A stretch of DNA of 63,915 nucleotides, filler included, from Lama guanicoe (GCA_013239625.1; 171 parts of 171 records of this genome joined end to end with filler, not necessarily neighbours in it); one strand, 5' to 3'. Shown: positions 24,582 through 37,860, numbered from the whole stretch's first letter. Made by a program: numbers and translations. Notes: a model not told the origin generated them from the sequence alone.

Positions 24582-26177
24582 NNNNNNNNNNNNNNNNNNN
24601 NNNNNNNNNNNNNNNNNNNNNNNNNTTAATTAATTAANNNNNNNNNNNNNNNNNNNNNNNNNNNNNNNNNNNNNNNNNNNNAGTCAGGCCCTGCTCCTGG
24701 TGAACACAGTGAATTTGAGGAACTTCATCGAAGTCAGTGCCTTTGGAAGGCCCTGTGTACAACATGCATGAAGAGCATGATCCTGAGCCTGGCCTCAAGA
24801 CACCAGGATCATCGTGCACGAGGTGACGGTGTTGGAAATTACGCTAGCTGAAGGAGCAATGGGCAAACCCTGTGCTCATACTTGGCTTCTTTCTAGCCTC
24901 TCAGCTTCCCAAAACATTTCACCATTTCCTAACTCCACTATGCTGCTTGCTGTCCNNNNNNNNNNNNNNNNNNNNNNNNNNNNNNNNNNNNNNNNNNNNT
25001 TAATTAATTAANNNNNNNNNNNNNNNNNNNNNNNNNNNNNNNNNNNNNNNNNNNNAAAAAAAATTCTTAAATCTAACATGACTGAATAAATCTACTTTTG
25101 TTAACAGGTACACATGCTGATCGGAGCTCCTGTGCTGGGAAACATGCCAGCCTTTCTGCCACTGCACCCGTCAGTGTCTTAGAAACCCTTGCTTCTCACT
25201 CACAGGAAGCCTCCTCCACTGCAAGCTTTCTCTTTGAATTCCGTCCACAGAAGCACAGAGGCACGTTGGATGTGGGCACCCCTTACCCAGCCAGTGAAAG
25301 CTGAGGCTGTGTCTACAGAGGACGTTAGANNNNNNNNNNNNNNNNNNNNNNNNNNNNNNNNNNNNNNNNNNNNTTAATTAATTAANNNNNNNNNNNNNNN
25401 NNNNNNNNNNNNNNNNNNNNNNNNNNNNNGAGACAATATTAACAGTAATAACAGAGAAGGAGTTCAAATATTTAATGAATTTCAGAAATAATAACTATTT
25501 TAGAATTTTGCCATCTGACTTAATTTCAGAAGTGGGCCCTGGAGGATTTAAAACATTACCAAGAAGTAGTTAAGCCAATAGATGAAAGTATAGAGTATAT
25601 ACATAAAAAAATCGATTTGGTGTTGTGCAAATAACATGCTATATAAATGCTTCATAATAGTAAAATGTTGGAGAATAATTAAAATATAAGAGCTTTCTTT
25701 TTTNNNNNNNNNNNNNNNNNNNNNNNNNNNNNNNNNNNNNNNNNNNNTTAATTAATTAANNNNNNNNNNNNNNNNNNNNNNNNNNNNNNNNNNNNNNNNN
25801 NNNGACTTGCAGCTGGGCTCCTTCTAGGCCCCTGTCCGGCAGCTTCTCCCGCCGGGCAGGAAGTGAGGCTGACTCTTCACTGTGTGTCTGAAGAGCAAGC
25901 AGTCAGCCTTTTAGGTAGTGAGGGCCCGGGCCGGTGGGGGGAACACGGTGTACGGCATCTCTGGGCTCCTGTTCTCTACAATGATATGGAAATTCATCTT
26001 CATTTCCCTTAGTGATGCTTCAGATGTTATTCGTTTTAATAAATATCAATATACTTTATTTTATTATACAGTTTTTTNNNNNNNNNNNNNNNNNNNNNNN
26101 NNNNNNNNNNNNNNNNNNNNNTTAATTAATTAANNNNNNNNNNNNNNNNNNNNNNNNNNNNNNNNNNNNNNNNNNNN

Positions 26178-26450
26178 TAGTGCTGCTATGAACATTGGGG
26201 TGCATATATCTTTTCAAATTAGAATTCCCTCCGAAAATATATCCAGAAGTAAGACAGCTGGATTGTAAGCCTATTTTTAGTTTTTTGAGGAATATCCAAA
26301 GTGTTTTCCATAATGGCTGCACCAAACTACATTCCCACCAGCAGTATGGAGGGTTTCCTTTTTTCCACACCCTCTCCAGCATTGATTGTTCATGGATGTT
26401 TGAATGATGGCCATTCTGACTGTGTGAGGTGATACCTTATTATAGTTTTG
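26178..26450 (-). mobile_element. L1 ORF2 3' region (antisense), relatively young
   Basis: Minus-strand translation includes CWWEC.LVQPLWKT, the L1 ORF2 C-terminal cysteine-rich region. Confidence 0.95.
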
Positions 26451-27672
26451 NNNNNNNNNNNNNNNNNNNNNNNNNNNNNNNNNNNNNNNNNNNNTTAATT
26501 AATTAANNNNNNNNNNNNNNNNNNNNNNNNNNNNNNNNNNNNNNNNNNNNCCTGAAGGACAAACACAGAGTCCCCAGAAGCACAGTTATTGCAACAAAGA
26601 AAACACACAAGCCAGACACGGCCTCAGGTGTGTTGACTCCTGTCTGAAACAAATGTGCTGGGCTCGGTTTAATCCTGCTCCTCCAATCTGCCACATTCTC
26701 AGGAGAAGAGAGCCCATCCCCTCTCCCACCACCCCACCTCTGAGGTCTTCAATTCCATGCTTTACGCACCTTCCCAACTGTGGGCTCTTTCAGTTGAGTC
26801 CCTGGGATGAGGACAGCTCCACTCNNNNNNNNNNNNNNNNNNNNNNNNNNNNNNNNNNNNNNNNNNNNTTAATTAATTAANNNNNNNNNNNNNNNNNNNN
26901 NNNNNNNNNNNNNNNNNNNNNNNNGGCACATACACACATATGTGTGTGTTTGCATATATATTTATATTTTAATAAATAAATAGTATTACCTAAACAGTTA
27001 ACATTCTAATTGGGTCAAAAATAACAAGAACAGCATCAAGTAGCGCAAAGGGAAGAAATGTTTGGACAGTAATAATTAGGAACTGACACAGGTCATCTGT
27101 CTTTTTTCTCAATGGGGTTAAAACACCTATTTTGGCTGCATTCCCTGTCGCTTTTGAAATATACCACCAATGAATTTCTTCTTCTGAGAGACTTCTGANN
27201 NNNNNNNNNNNNNNNNNNNNNNNNNNNNNNNNNNNNNNNNNNTTAATTAATTAANNNNNNNNNNNNNNNNNNNNNNNNNNNNNNNNNNNNNNNNNNNNTT
27301 TGCCCTTATTAGCTTATGGGAAACCTCCTCTTCCCAACTCTTCTGTGGGGGAGAAGCTTACTTTCACACTACCTTCACCCCTCCTCCCACTCTGGGAATT
27401 GTCCTGTGATCAGAGCCTGGTAAATTAGTGTATACAATACCCCTAACCACGTGATTGGTTTAAGGATGTGTGTATCACTAAACCCACCCACTGAGAGTCA
27501 GCCCTGGGCTTCCTTTGGGGCCACAAGGAAAGAAGTGCTTGCTTTGTGCTAGGATGCCAAGCTAGAATACTGNNNNNNNNNNNNNNNNNNNNNNNNNNNN
27601 NNNNNNNNNNNNNNNNTTAATTAATTAANNNNNNNNNNNNNNNNNNNNNNNNNNNNNNNNNNNNNNNNNNNN

Positions 27673-27860
27673 GCTGGTGCCTTTTGGGGCAATGATTAAT
27701 TACAGCTCTGGGGCAGGAAATACACAAATGAGCCTCAAACCTCTGGCATCGTGTTGGGAGGAAACACGCACAGACAGGGTCACGTCAAAAGGCTCAGGAA
27801 TCAAACTGAAGTGGCTCCCATTGCCCTAAAGGGGCACCGTTTGGCACCAATAAGACGGCA
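27673..27860 (+). mobile_element. L1MC/MD-type 3' UTR fragment
   Basis: 'ggggcaggaaatacacaaatgagcct...gtcaaaaggctcaggaatcaaactgaagtggctccca'. Confidence 0.6.
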
Positions 27861-28046
27861 GATAAATCAGAAAGGAAGACATAGACTGTCTCACCTCCAG
27901 ACGACACACTCTACATAGAAAATAGCAAGAAATCTACAAAAAACAGNNNNNNNNNNNNNNNNNNNNNNNNNNNNNNNNNNNNNNNNNNNNTTAATTAATT
28001 AANNNNNNNNNNNNNNNNNNNNNNNNNNNNNNNNNNNNNNNNNNNN

Positions 28047-28135
28047 ACGTTTTCTTGGACTCAGTGTCCTCATCTGTAAAATGGGGATTAGTATTCCTGT
28101 CCTGCCTACTTCACAGAGGTACTGTTAGAATCAGA
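28047..28135 (+). mobile_element. MIR SINE core
   Basis: 'ctcagtgtcctcatctgtaaaatggggatta...cctacttcacagagg'. Confidence 0.85.
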
Positions 28136-28794
28136 AAGCAGACAACAGGTTAAAGTACATGGTAAGTAAAATGTCTTTCCAAGTCAAGGCAGAAGGAGAG
28201 TGCTGTCCTGGTGGGAAGAACACTGCTTTGGAACCAGGAGCCTTGAGTTCAAACAATACCCTGCTGTTCCTGTATAACTTGCCTTCATCAAGTCCCCTCA
28301 TTCAGTAAAAAGACTAACAANNNNNNNNNNNNNNNNNNNNNNNNNNNNNNNNNNNNNNNNNNNNTTAATTAATTAANNNNNNNNNNNNNNNNNNNNNNNN
28401 NNNNNNNNNNNNNNNNNNNNTGCCCACTTGACATCTTCAGTTGAATCTCTAATATTCACTTTGAACTTAACATCCATGAAAATGAACTCACTCTCTTCCC
28501 TCCAAATTGGTCCCTTTTTTCACATCTCATTCCAGGTCCACACGGTCTGCCCACCCTGCTGATATTAAGCACATTTCCTCCACATGCTTACTTTCCTCCA
28601 GCCGGACTAGGCTCCGTGCTTTCCACAAATACCTTGCTGATTTCCTGCCTGCTTAATTAACTGTCAGTTTATCAAAAAGGCATGTTAAAGCCTCNNNNNN
28701 NNNNNNNNNNNNNNNNNNNNNNNNNNNNNNNNNNNNNNTTAATTAATTAANNNNNNNNNNNNNNNNNNNNNNNNNNNNNNNNNNNNNNNNNNNN

Positions 28795-28983
28795 GAACTA
28801 TACTCAATATCCTGTAATAAACCATAATGGAAAAGAATATGAATATATATGTGTATATATATATAACTGAATAAGAATATACATATATATAACTGGAGAT
28901 ATATATATATAATACAATCACTTTGCTGTACACCAGAAACTGTTACAACACTGTAAATCAACTAGACTTTAATTTTAAAAAAA
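28795..28983 (+). mobile_element. L1 3' terminus with internal (TA)n expansion
   Basis: 'gaactatactcaatatcctgtaataaaccataatggaaaagaatatg...atcactttgctgtacaccagaaact'. Confidence 0.92.
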
Positions 28984-29542
28984 CTGTCATCTTGATTATG
29001 CTAGGGCTCAGTGACTCTAACAGATGTATTGCAAGAGTCTGTCACACAGCTTTAACCAAAAGAAGGCTNNNNNNNNNNNNNNNNNNNNNNNNNNNNNNNN
29101 NNNNNNNNNNNNTTAATTAATTAANNNNNNNNNNNNNNNNNNNNNNNNNNNNNNNNNNNNNNNNNNNNACCACTGAATATTGTTACTGAAGATTGTTTTT
29201 CCATGTAAAGTGAGAAAGAATGTGATTTAGAAGGTCTCTGATGTAATTTGCACTTTCACCTGGCCAAAAAGTGGTCTTGGTTTTAAGGTAACATACTTCT
29301 TATCTGTAGCCTTAATTATAGATGTGATTACGTTATGCTGCTCTCTCGCCTTTTTTTGTTTTCAGAGAAGATCTCCATGTAAATGAAGAATTGCTGCAAA
29401 TGTCTCACTGTGTCACAGAGCTGTTCACTGAGCTGTTGTGTCNNNNNNNNNNNNNNNNNNNNNNNNNNNNNNNNNNNNNNNNNNNNTTAATTAATTAANN
29501 NNNNNNNNNNNNNNNNNNNNNNNNNNNNNNNNNNNNNNNNNN

Positions 29543-29816
29543 TATGGACTGAATATTTGTGTTTCCTCAAATCCATATGCTGAAATCCTAACCTCTAGTG
29601 TAGTTGTATTTGGCCTCAAATGAAGTAATCAAGGTTAAATGAAGTCAGAAGGGCGGGGCCTTGATTCAAAAGGATTAGTTTCCTTACAAGAAGAGACTTG
29701 CCAGAGAATTTGTTCTCTCTACATTCAGGCACTGAGGAAAGGTTGTGTGAGGACACAGCATGAAGGCAATAATCTACAAGTCATGAAGAAATTCCTCACC
29801 AGAAACTGAATTTGCC
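29543..29816 (+). mobile_element. MaLR MLT1A/B-type LTR
   Basis: 'tatggactgaatatttgtgtt...tgaaatcctaacc...aaggttaaatgaagtc...ccttacaagaagagac...ctcaccagaaactgaa'. Confidence 0.9.
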
Positions 29817-29969
29817 NNNNNNNNNNNNNNNNNNNNNNNNNNNNNNNNNNNNNNNNNNNNTTAATTAATTAANNNNNNNNNNNNNNNNNNNNNNNNNNNN
29901 NNNNNNNNNNNNNNNNACAATAAGTATGTGTTACTATTAAAACAAAACCTTCAAAAATGTAGTTTATTG

Positions 29970-30190
29970 TAGGGGTGGAAAAATAATTTTCCCACTAGCT
30001 TCTGAGTTCTTGGCTGAGACTCCTGTAATAAAAGACAGATAAACAAGGGAAAAACAAATAGAAGTTTATTAACATGTACACCTCACGTATACATGGGAGA
30101 TACCCTGGGAAAAATTAGTAACTCAAAGAGGTGGTTTAGAACTCTGGTTTATATAGCATTGTCTACAAAGAACAATAAATTTGTGGAAAA
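29970..30190 (-). mobile_element. ERV1 LTR (MER34/MER39-like) 3' part
   Basis: 'aaaagacagataaacaagggaaaaacaaatagaagtttattaacatgtacacctcacgtatacatgggagataccc'; AATAAA on the minus strand. Confidence 0.75.
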
Positions 30191-30290
30191 NNNNNNNNNN
30201 NNNNNNNNNNNNNNNNNNNNNNNNNNNNNNNNNNTTAATTAATTAANNNNNNNNNNNNNNNNNNNNNNNNNNNNNNNNNNNNNNNNNNNN

Positions 30291-30564
30291 GTATGGTGGT
30301 TCAATGTTTAGGCTTCTGAGAACCCTCCAAATTGGTTTCCATTGTGGCCGCGCCAATTTGCTTTCCTACCAACACTGTACAAGGGTTCCCTTTCCTCCAC
30401 ATCCTTGCCAACATTCATTTTTGTGTTCCATTGGAGAACGCTCATTCTTACAAGTGTTGGATGATATCTCATTGTGATTTAGATTTAAATTTCCCCGATG
30501 TGAGTGATGTTGATCAACTTTTCGTGTTCCTCTTGGCCATCTGCATTTCCTCTTTTGGAAAAAA
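30291..30564 (-). mobile_element. L1 ORF2 3' region (antisense)
   Basis: 'caacactgtacaagggttccctttcctccacatccttgccaaca...gatatctcattgtg'. Confidence 0.92.
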
Positions 30565-32622
30565 NNNNNNNNNNNNNNNNNNNNNNNNNNNNNNNNNNNN
30601 NNNNNNNNTTAATTAATTAANNNNNNNNNNNNNNNNNNNNNNNNNNNNNNNNNNNNNNNNNNNNGGGAGAATTAAATGAGAATAATTTTGAAGGGCTTAG
30701 CACAACCAAATGGGCTGTAGCTGCTCGATAAATAGTTGCTGTTTTTATTTCCCACTCTGCCCCCTGAAGATGGTGCGCACATTTCCCTCTATACCTTTAT
30801 TTATAACTTCCCCCAGCCCAGAATATCAGCTCCCTTCAGCTCCTTCTCTCCAGCCAAGCCCTTTCCATCCTTTAAAATTTGCCTCGAGCCCACATCTCCA
30901 TTGATTTGTCCAATCTGTGGGGTCTTCTCTCTCTCTCTNNNNNNNNNNNNNNNNNNNNNNNNNNNNNNNNNNNNNNNNNNNNTTAATTAATTAANNNNNN
31001 NNNNNNNNNNNNNNNNNNNNNNNNNNNNNNNNNNNNNNTGAAACCAGAAGCAAAAGAAGGAATAAGACTTTCTTGAAGGACTTATAGACAAAGGACTCAC
31101 CCCTTGAAGGAGCCCTTCAAAGTATTATTTTTCCTTCAGCTCCACCTGAAACATATTTTATAGTTATGGGTTGAGGTTCTGCTTTGTTTAAAATCCACTT
31201 ACACTTAATGGTCGATGCTTGTTCACCTTTACTTGGGAGAATCGGCTAGTAAATGTGGACCACCATGCCACCACGATGTAATGAGACTTCGTCTTTTCAC
31301 AGGATCTGAAGGNNNNNNNNNNNNNNNNNNNNNNNNNNNNNNNNNNNNNNNNNNNNTTAATTAATTAANNNNNNNNNNNNNNNNNNNNNNNNNNNNNNNN
31401 NNNNNNNNNNNNGTTTTACAAGTAATAACCCAAGAATATCAATCACCAGTTGCCACTTAACAACTACTACTATTAGCATGGTTCTCAGTCCAGGCTCAAT
31501 TGTGACTGAAGTCAACTCTGCATGATGGTGCTCGCTTGATCCTATCCACTACTAAACCAGCCCCCACACAGGCCATGCTCTGGGACCTGGAATCAGCTTC
31601 AAAGCATCTTCCGCTACTCATTTTCAATGATAGGGTGTCCATCTATTTTCATCTCCAGGGTGAAATCCAGAGAACCCCAACAAAACNNNNNNNNNNNNNN
31701 NNNNNNNNNNNNNNNNNNNNNNNNNNNNNNTTAATTAATTAANNNNNNNNNNNNNNNNNNNNNNNNNNNNNNNNNNNNNNNNNNNNACATTACTCAAAAA
31801 GCAACCCAAACAGTAGCTGTATATTTTGGAAATACAAAAGCAGCCTCTAACCTTGACCGAAAGCAGAAAACAAGTCAACATCACCCATAGCAAGATGCAT
31901 CCTAAAGCAAACACTACGTGACAACATGAAAACAAATGTCAAGTGGGCACGTTATGTCTTTGGGCAATCTGGCTGGTCTTGTGTTGCTTGCTGCCAAGTC
32001 CCGAATTCCTCGCTGACTAGTCAAAGACCGCTGAAAACATCCTGCTTGAACAAGTAAATGNNNNNNNNNNNNNNNNNNNNNNNNNNNNNNNNNNNNNNNN
32101 NNNNTTAATTAATTAANNNNNNNNNNNNNNNNNNNNNNNNNNNNNNNNNNNNNNNNNNNNGAAGGGCAATTATGAGCTAATGAAGATTATGATAACAGAG
32201 TAGCAATTTTAGAGAGCTGTAATGGAATTAAATTTTGTAAAGGAAAATTCCGGAAAGACCGCAGATAAGGCAACATAATGATATGAGCTAGTAAATTGTT
32301 CTGAGGAAATTGTACCTGTTAGCTACAGTATTAAAATTTCCATTTTACTTATAAAAAGTACACAAAAAGAGAACATTATCATGACATAAATAAATTAGTC
32401 ATTTTAATTTCTTTAGGTGTTATAATTTTCAAGGNNNNNNNNNNNNNNNNNNNNNNNNNNNNNNNNNNNNNNNNNNNNTTAATTAATTAANNNNNNNNNN
32501 NNNNNNNNNNNNNNNNNNNNNNNNNNNNNNNNNNTTTCTTTAAGGATTTAAAGGCGTGGCTCCAGTGTGTTCTCTAATGTTTATTGCTACATTAAGGAAA
32601 TCTGAAGTCTACATGATTTTTT

Positions 32623-32750
32623 TGTGTGGGGGGGTATTTATTATTATTAATTTTACTTATTTATTTTTTTAGTGGAAGTCCTATTAATTGAACCCAGGAC
32701 CTCCTGCATGCTGAGGACGCATTCTACTACTGAGCTATACCCTCCCTCCC
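32623..32750 (-). mobile_element. Camelid tRNA-derived SINE (vic-1 type)
   Basis: 'attgaacccaggacctcctgcatgct...ctactactgagctataccctcc' is the reverse complement of the tRNA-like A/B boxes. Confidence 0.88.
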
Positions 32751-35155
32751 AAACTGATTTGTTTTATATTAAGAAGGAATTTTGTATTTTGGTGCACTCA
32801 AAGGGTTCNNNNNNNNNNNNNNNNNNNNNNNNNNNNNNNNNNNNNNNNNNNNTTAATTAATTAANNNNNNNNNNNNNNNNNNNNNNNNNNNNNNNNNNNN
32901 NNNNNNNNAGCCTGGGATTCCTGACACCAAGAGTCTCCCATTCGTGGCACCCGGTGCCCATGTGGTAAATCGCTAACTCACCACATGATCTTAAGCAACC
33001 GTTTGATTATCAATGTCTACTAACCATTAAAAAGTTGCTTATATAGTCACCTAACTTGGAAGCATCAATAAAACAAAGTCTCAAAGAAAAGTGCCATCCA
33101 ACTCTGTGGCGGCAACGTACCTATTGCTTCCGCGGGAATCCCCTTCTTAAAAAGGGCATTCTAAGCTTCTGCAACAACTTATNNNNNNNNNNNNNNNNNN
33201 NNNNNNNNNNNNNNNNNNNNNNNNNNTTAATTAATTAANNNNNNNNNNNNNNNNNNNNNNNNNNNNNNNNNNNNNNNNNNNNTTGACAATGCGCCTGGTC
33301 ACCCAAGAGCTCTCATGGAGATGGACAATGAGAACTTCCCTCCTCTCCTGCTTTCCCTGTTTGCTCATGGACCAATGACATGGTCTTAGGTACTTTGGGT
33401 CATGCTAATAAGGGCAGCATCCCAGGGACAGCAGAAGAGGAAGGTCATAGGATCCTGGATGCCTGGACAACCTCGTGATGCAGAGTCACCAACCAGCCCT
33501 GGAACTACCTCCCTGTCATGGAGACACAGACAAGCTTCCATCCTGCTAGACCACTGNNNNNNNNNNNNNNNNNNNNNNNNNNNNNNNNNNNNNNNNNNNN
33601 TTAATTAATTAANNNNNNNNNNNNNNNNNNNNNNNNNNNNNNNNNNNNNNNNNNNNTGATAAAGCCACATTTGGGATGAGATTCTCTGAAACACTACAGA
33701 AGGCAATACATTATTAAGCACTTTACACACCGTCTGGATCACAACAATCACTGAATGCGTGGATTTGTATTGATCTTGTATTGCCTCATGCTGCCCTCAG
33801 ACATTGCAGCCTAGAGACCCACATCTGCATGTCTGCTGCTCCTGTTTTATTGACTTACTTACTTTGTGGCACAGATGGCTTCTTGTGACACTGTCACATA
33901 CTCCAAATAGACTTTAATGAAACCCAGCCTNNNNNNNNNNNNNNNNNNNNNNNNNNNNNNNNNNNNNNNNNNNNTTAATTAATTAANNNNNNNNNNNNNN
34001 NNNNNNNNNNNNNNNNNNNNNNNNNNNNNNGTAGGGCCAAAGGTCATACTGTGATATAAATTTATATTCATGATTTTGTATTTGTTTCTTAAAGAAGGAA
34101 CCTAAACTGTATAAACGCCAGGACCTACAAACTGAAATCCTCACCTGGAGCAAAGTTAGAGAGGTCTAAATTAGTAAACTATTACAAACATTTTTTTAGC
34201 TCCCTGAGATGAAGGCCTGAACCAAGCAGAAACAGCAGAAATGGTGGGTACGGGTTGAGATACAGGAAGCAGACAGGGAGTAGAATCTAAGGAACTTGGC
34301 AACTGNNNNNNNNNNNNNNNNNNNNNNNNNNNNNNNNNNNNNNNNNNNNTTAATTAATTAANNNNNNNNNNNNNNNNNNNNNNNNNNNNNNNNNNNNNNN
34401 NNNNNCCAACTCCAAGAGACTCCTTAAATAAGTCACAACAGCGATGCTGACTTAACCCTTCCTGAAACGCGAAAAGTACCATGCCCAAACCCATTTAAAC
34501 ACTTGAAGATGGAGGCATTCCACACCCACACTGGTGCCACTACATGCCTTTTAGAAATCCTGGGCAGGGTAGCACCGCTGGCACCACGGAAGGTGCTGAA
34601 CCAAAGGCAGGGGAGGGGGGAAAACAAGACTATGACTTCGGGGTTGTGCACTCGCGCCGCTGAGAACCGCTGTCCAGACCNNNNNNNNNNNNNNNNNNNN
34701 NNNNNNNNNNNNNNNNNNNNNNNNTTAATTAATTAANNNNNNNNNNNNNNNNNNNNNNNNNNNNNNNNNNNNNNNNNNNNTATATAGTATAACAGCTTAT
34801 AATTTCTTCACATTGCAGAAGCATTGTACTTTTATTTGGGAAAAATGCAGACAGACAAGAAGAATGCAAAATATATCCTCAGTCCTCCTTTCTCAGCCCC
34901 GAGGAAATGATTACTGCTCTTTGTTGGGTACCATTTGAGAAGTCCAGATTATCTTCTTTATGTCCTGAGTCTTGAGAACCATTCTTGAGCAATGACTGGT
35001 GAACCTTGAACAGTCAGTCAGATTTCACCCCATTTCAGTCTGTCACCTTTCTCTTNNNNNNNNNNNNNNNNNNNNNNNNNNNNNNNNNNNNNNNNNNNNT
35101 TAATTAATTAANNNNNNNNNNNNNNNNNNNNNNNNNNNNNNNNNNNNNNNNNNNN

Positions 35156-35427
35156 TGTGGAGAGACGTTCGTTCATCTAGCACAAAGGGAACACGTTGCA
35201 GGAGTCACAGTTACTCAGTTTTCTCAATCAGTTTCCTTGTGCCGTTTTAAATTTCCTGCAATTTTCACAGTAAAATCGAGTTGGAGCTTGTACCTACCCA
35301 TATATATGTATGATGTGAAATTTGCAAGTGATTAGAAACTTTGTGTTCCCAACAAGCTAAGTGAAGGACGGCTTTCAAACAAGCTTAACTCTCAAAACTG
35401 AGCATGTGGAGAGACGTTCGTTCATCT
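35156..35427 (+). repeat. ~249-bp tandem satellite monomer
   Basis: The first 23 nt (tgtggagagacgttcgttcatct) recur exactly at 35405-35427. Confidence 0.92.
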
Positions 35428-35668
35428 NNNNNNNNNNNNNNNNNNNNNNNNNNNNNNNNNNNNNNNNNNNNTTAATTAATTAANNNNNNNNNNNNNNNNN
35501 NNNNNNNNNNNNNNNNNNNNNNNNNNNATGTCTGTGATCATCTGGGTCATGTCTCATCCCTCCACAAGGTATTTTGGCCCCAGAGCAGTCTGTTTCTTTG
35601 TGTTATCCTAGAACACAAGACCAGAGACAGATAACTCCCGGAAGGATACTGAAAACAATTAAGACCTT

Positions 35669-35801
35669 GGGGGAAAGGTATAGCTCAGGGGTAGAGTGTG
35701 TGCTTAGTGTGCGTGAGGTCCTGGGTTCAATCCCCAGTACTTCCATTTACAAAACACATAAATAAAACCTAATTACTCCCACCCCCAAAAAAGACCAAAA
35801 A
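35669..35801 (+). mobile_element. Camelid tRNA-derived SINE (vic-1 type)
   Basis: 'ggtatagctcaggggtagagtgtgtgcttag...gtcctgggttcaatccccagtac...aataaaacctaattactccc'. Confidence 0.9.
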
Positions 35802-36651
35802 NNNNNNNNNNNNNNNNNNNNNNNNNNNNNNNNNNNNNNNNNNNNTTAATTAATTAANNNNNNNNNNNNNNNNNNNNNNNNNNNNNNNNNNNNNNNNNNN
35901 NTCCAAACCGTGATGGATTTGGGTCCCGGAGGTTTAAAGCCCTGCTTCCGAGGGGCATGGACCGGATTTCACAAGAAGCTGAGACATGAAGTATGAGGCA
36001 GAGAAAAATTCCCCCAGGAGGCTCCCAAGTCTGGGTGACAGGGAGGGTGATGGGCGAGCGCCGTCCCAGTGCCACATGCACTGCAGGGCTCCGAGTGGCT
36101 GTGGAGCTGTGCACCCCCGGCCGGATTTCAGACCTGCCTGCAGTGCTCCGGGCTGCGGCCTGGGGAGCGGCTTCAGNNNNNNNNNNNNNNNNNNNNNNNN
36201 NNNNNNNNNNNNNNNNNNNNTTAATTAATTAANNNNNNNNNNNNNNNNNNNNNNNNNNNNNNNNNNNNNNNNNNNNATCAAAGCCATCTGGACTAGCCCA
36301 GTACCCCTTGGGGCATCTTGTGACTGTGGAGTCCTTCTGAGAGGGAAGCAGACATGAATTCTGGTTCCGTTAACAGCTAGCCAAGGGGATGAGCTCATGG
36401 TACTAAAAAGCTTGAGATCAGGGGTTTGATTTTCAGGGGATCAGGAAATGTAATGTTGCATACTGTGTGTACTTTCTGGGTACAGGACCACCCAGAATGC
36501 ATTACTTCAATGAACAGTCCCTTATTTCAAGTTGTCCTCTCCTCCCCTCATNNNNNNNNNNNNNNNNNNNNNNNNNNNNNNNNNNNNNNNNNNNNTTAAT
36601 TAATTAANNNNNNNNNNNNNNNNNNNNNNNNNNNNNNNNNNNNNNNNNNNN

Positions 36652-36926
36652 CCACATCATATGTTATCAGGGAAATGTAAATTAAAGCAATGAAACACCA
36701 CTACACACCTATTAGAATATCTAAAATCTGAAGCAATGACTATAAATGCCAGTGAGGATATGGAGCAAGAGGAAATCCTACCCCCTACTGGTGTAAATAA
36801 AACCTGGTACAGCCACTTTGGAAGTCAGTATACCATGATTTTAACTAAGTATACTACTATCATATAATCCAGCAATTGCACTCCTTGGCATTTACCCAAA
36901 GGAGTTGAAAACTTATGTCCACACAA
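36652..36926 (+). mobile_element. L1MB/MC-type ORF2 3' fragment
   Basis: 'ccactacacacctattagaat...ggtacagccactttggaa...atccagcaattgcactccttggcatttacccaaaggagttgaaaacttatgtccacacaa'. Confidence 0.92.
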
Positions 36927-37776
36927 NNNNNNNNNNNNNNNNNNNNNNNNNNNNNNNNNNNNNNNNNNNNTTAATTAATTAANNNNNNNNNNNNNNNNNN
37001 NNNNNNNNNNNNNNNNNNNNNNNNNNTTTTTTTCCTCTCCTGATGCAGAGCACAGTGTGAAAGCACAGTATTTGGAGGTCTCATTCTTCAAAACTCCCAT
37101 TTGAATAAAATATGTGCTTATGATTACATGCTGAAAGACATATATGCAAATTTTGAGTGGAATAGCGTGAGTGGTGAAAACTGAATTAAACAATAAACCC
37201 ATAACTACTTGTTAGGGTGCTTTAATTGACTCATAAGTACAATATGCAATGTTGCGTGGCTGCAGGAGCCCAATTATAAGCTTGCTTATGGAAAGATACA
37301 ANNNNNNNNNNNNNNNNNNNNNNNNNNNNNNNNNNNNNNNNNNNNTTAATTAATTAANNNNNNNNNNNNNNNNNNNNNNNNNNNNNNNNNNNNNNNNNNN
37401 NACTTAGGAATTCTCACACTGCATTAAAGCACTGACAGTCCTAGTCAGGACTTCTGAACTGGAGAACAAGCAGTAAAGATGAGCACATTTGTGCCCTGTT
37501 GACAGGTGTGTCCCACAAACATCCATATTTGAGATTTTCAACCTTCATCTTATCCAAGCCCTGATCATTTTTCCTAGTTAGGCAGCTTCGTAGTAGGTGC
37601 TCAGTAAATATCTGTTCACTGAGTGGTACCTCCTACCTTCTAGGGGTACTATCGGGGGGTGGTTCAGAGTGCAGAANNNNNNNNNNNNNNNNNNNNNNNN
37701 NNNNNNNNNNNNNNNNNNNNTTAATTAATTAANNNNNNNNNNNNNNNNNNNNNNNNNNNNNNNNNNNNNNNNNNNN

Positions 37777-37860
37777 TGAAACATTATACTGTACACCAAA
37801 AACTGGCACAACATTGTAAGCTAACTATACTTCAAAAAAAAAAAAAAAGAAAAGAAAGAA
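37777..37860 (+). mobile_element. L1 3' terminus with poly(A)
   Basis: 'ctgtacaccaaaaactggcacaacattgtaagctaactatacttc' followed by an A-rich tail. Confidence 0.85.

Noticed and set aside
28653..28660. TTAATTAA inside a contig as a possible residual linker
   Set aside because: Only 8 nt, with no N flanks; consistent with a chance natural PacI site.
34571..34600. REST/RE1-like site (GCACCACGGA and reverse TTCAGCACC)
   Set aside because: Only half-sites match. Canonical TTCAGCACCnnGGACAG is not present on either strand.
35163..35185. CENP-B box in the satellite (TTCGTT...)
   Set aside because: TTCG is present but the required downstream CGGG is absent in the copies inspected.
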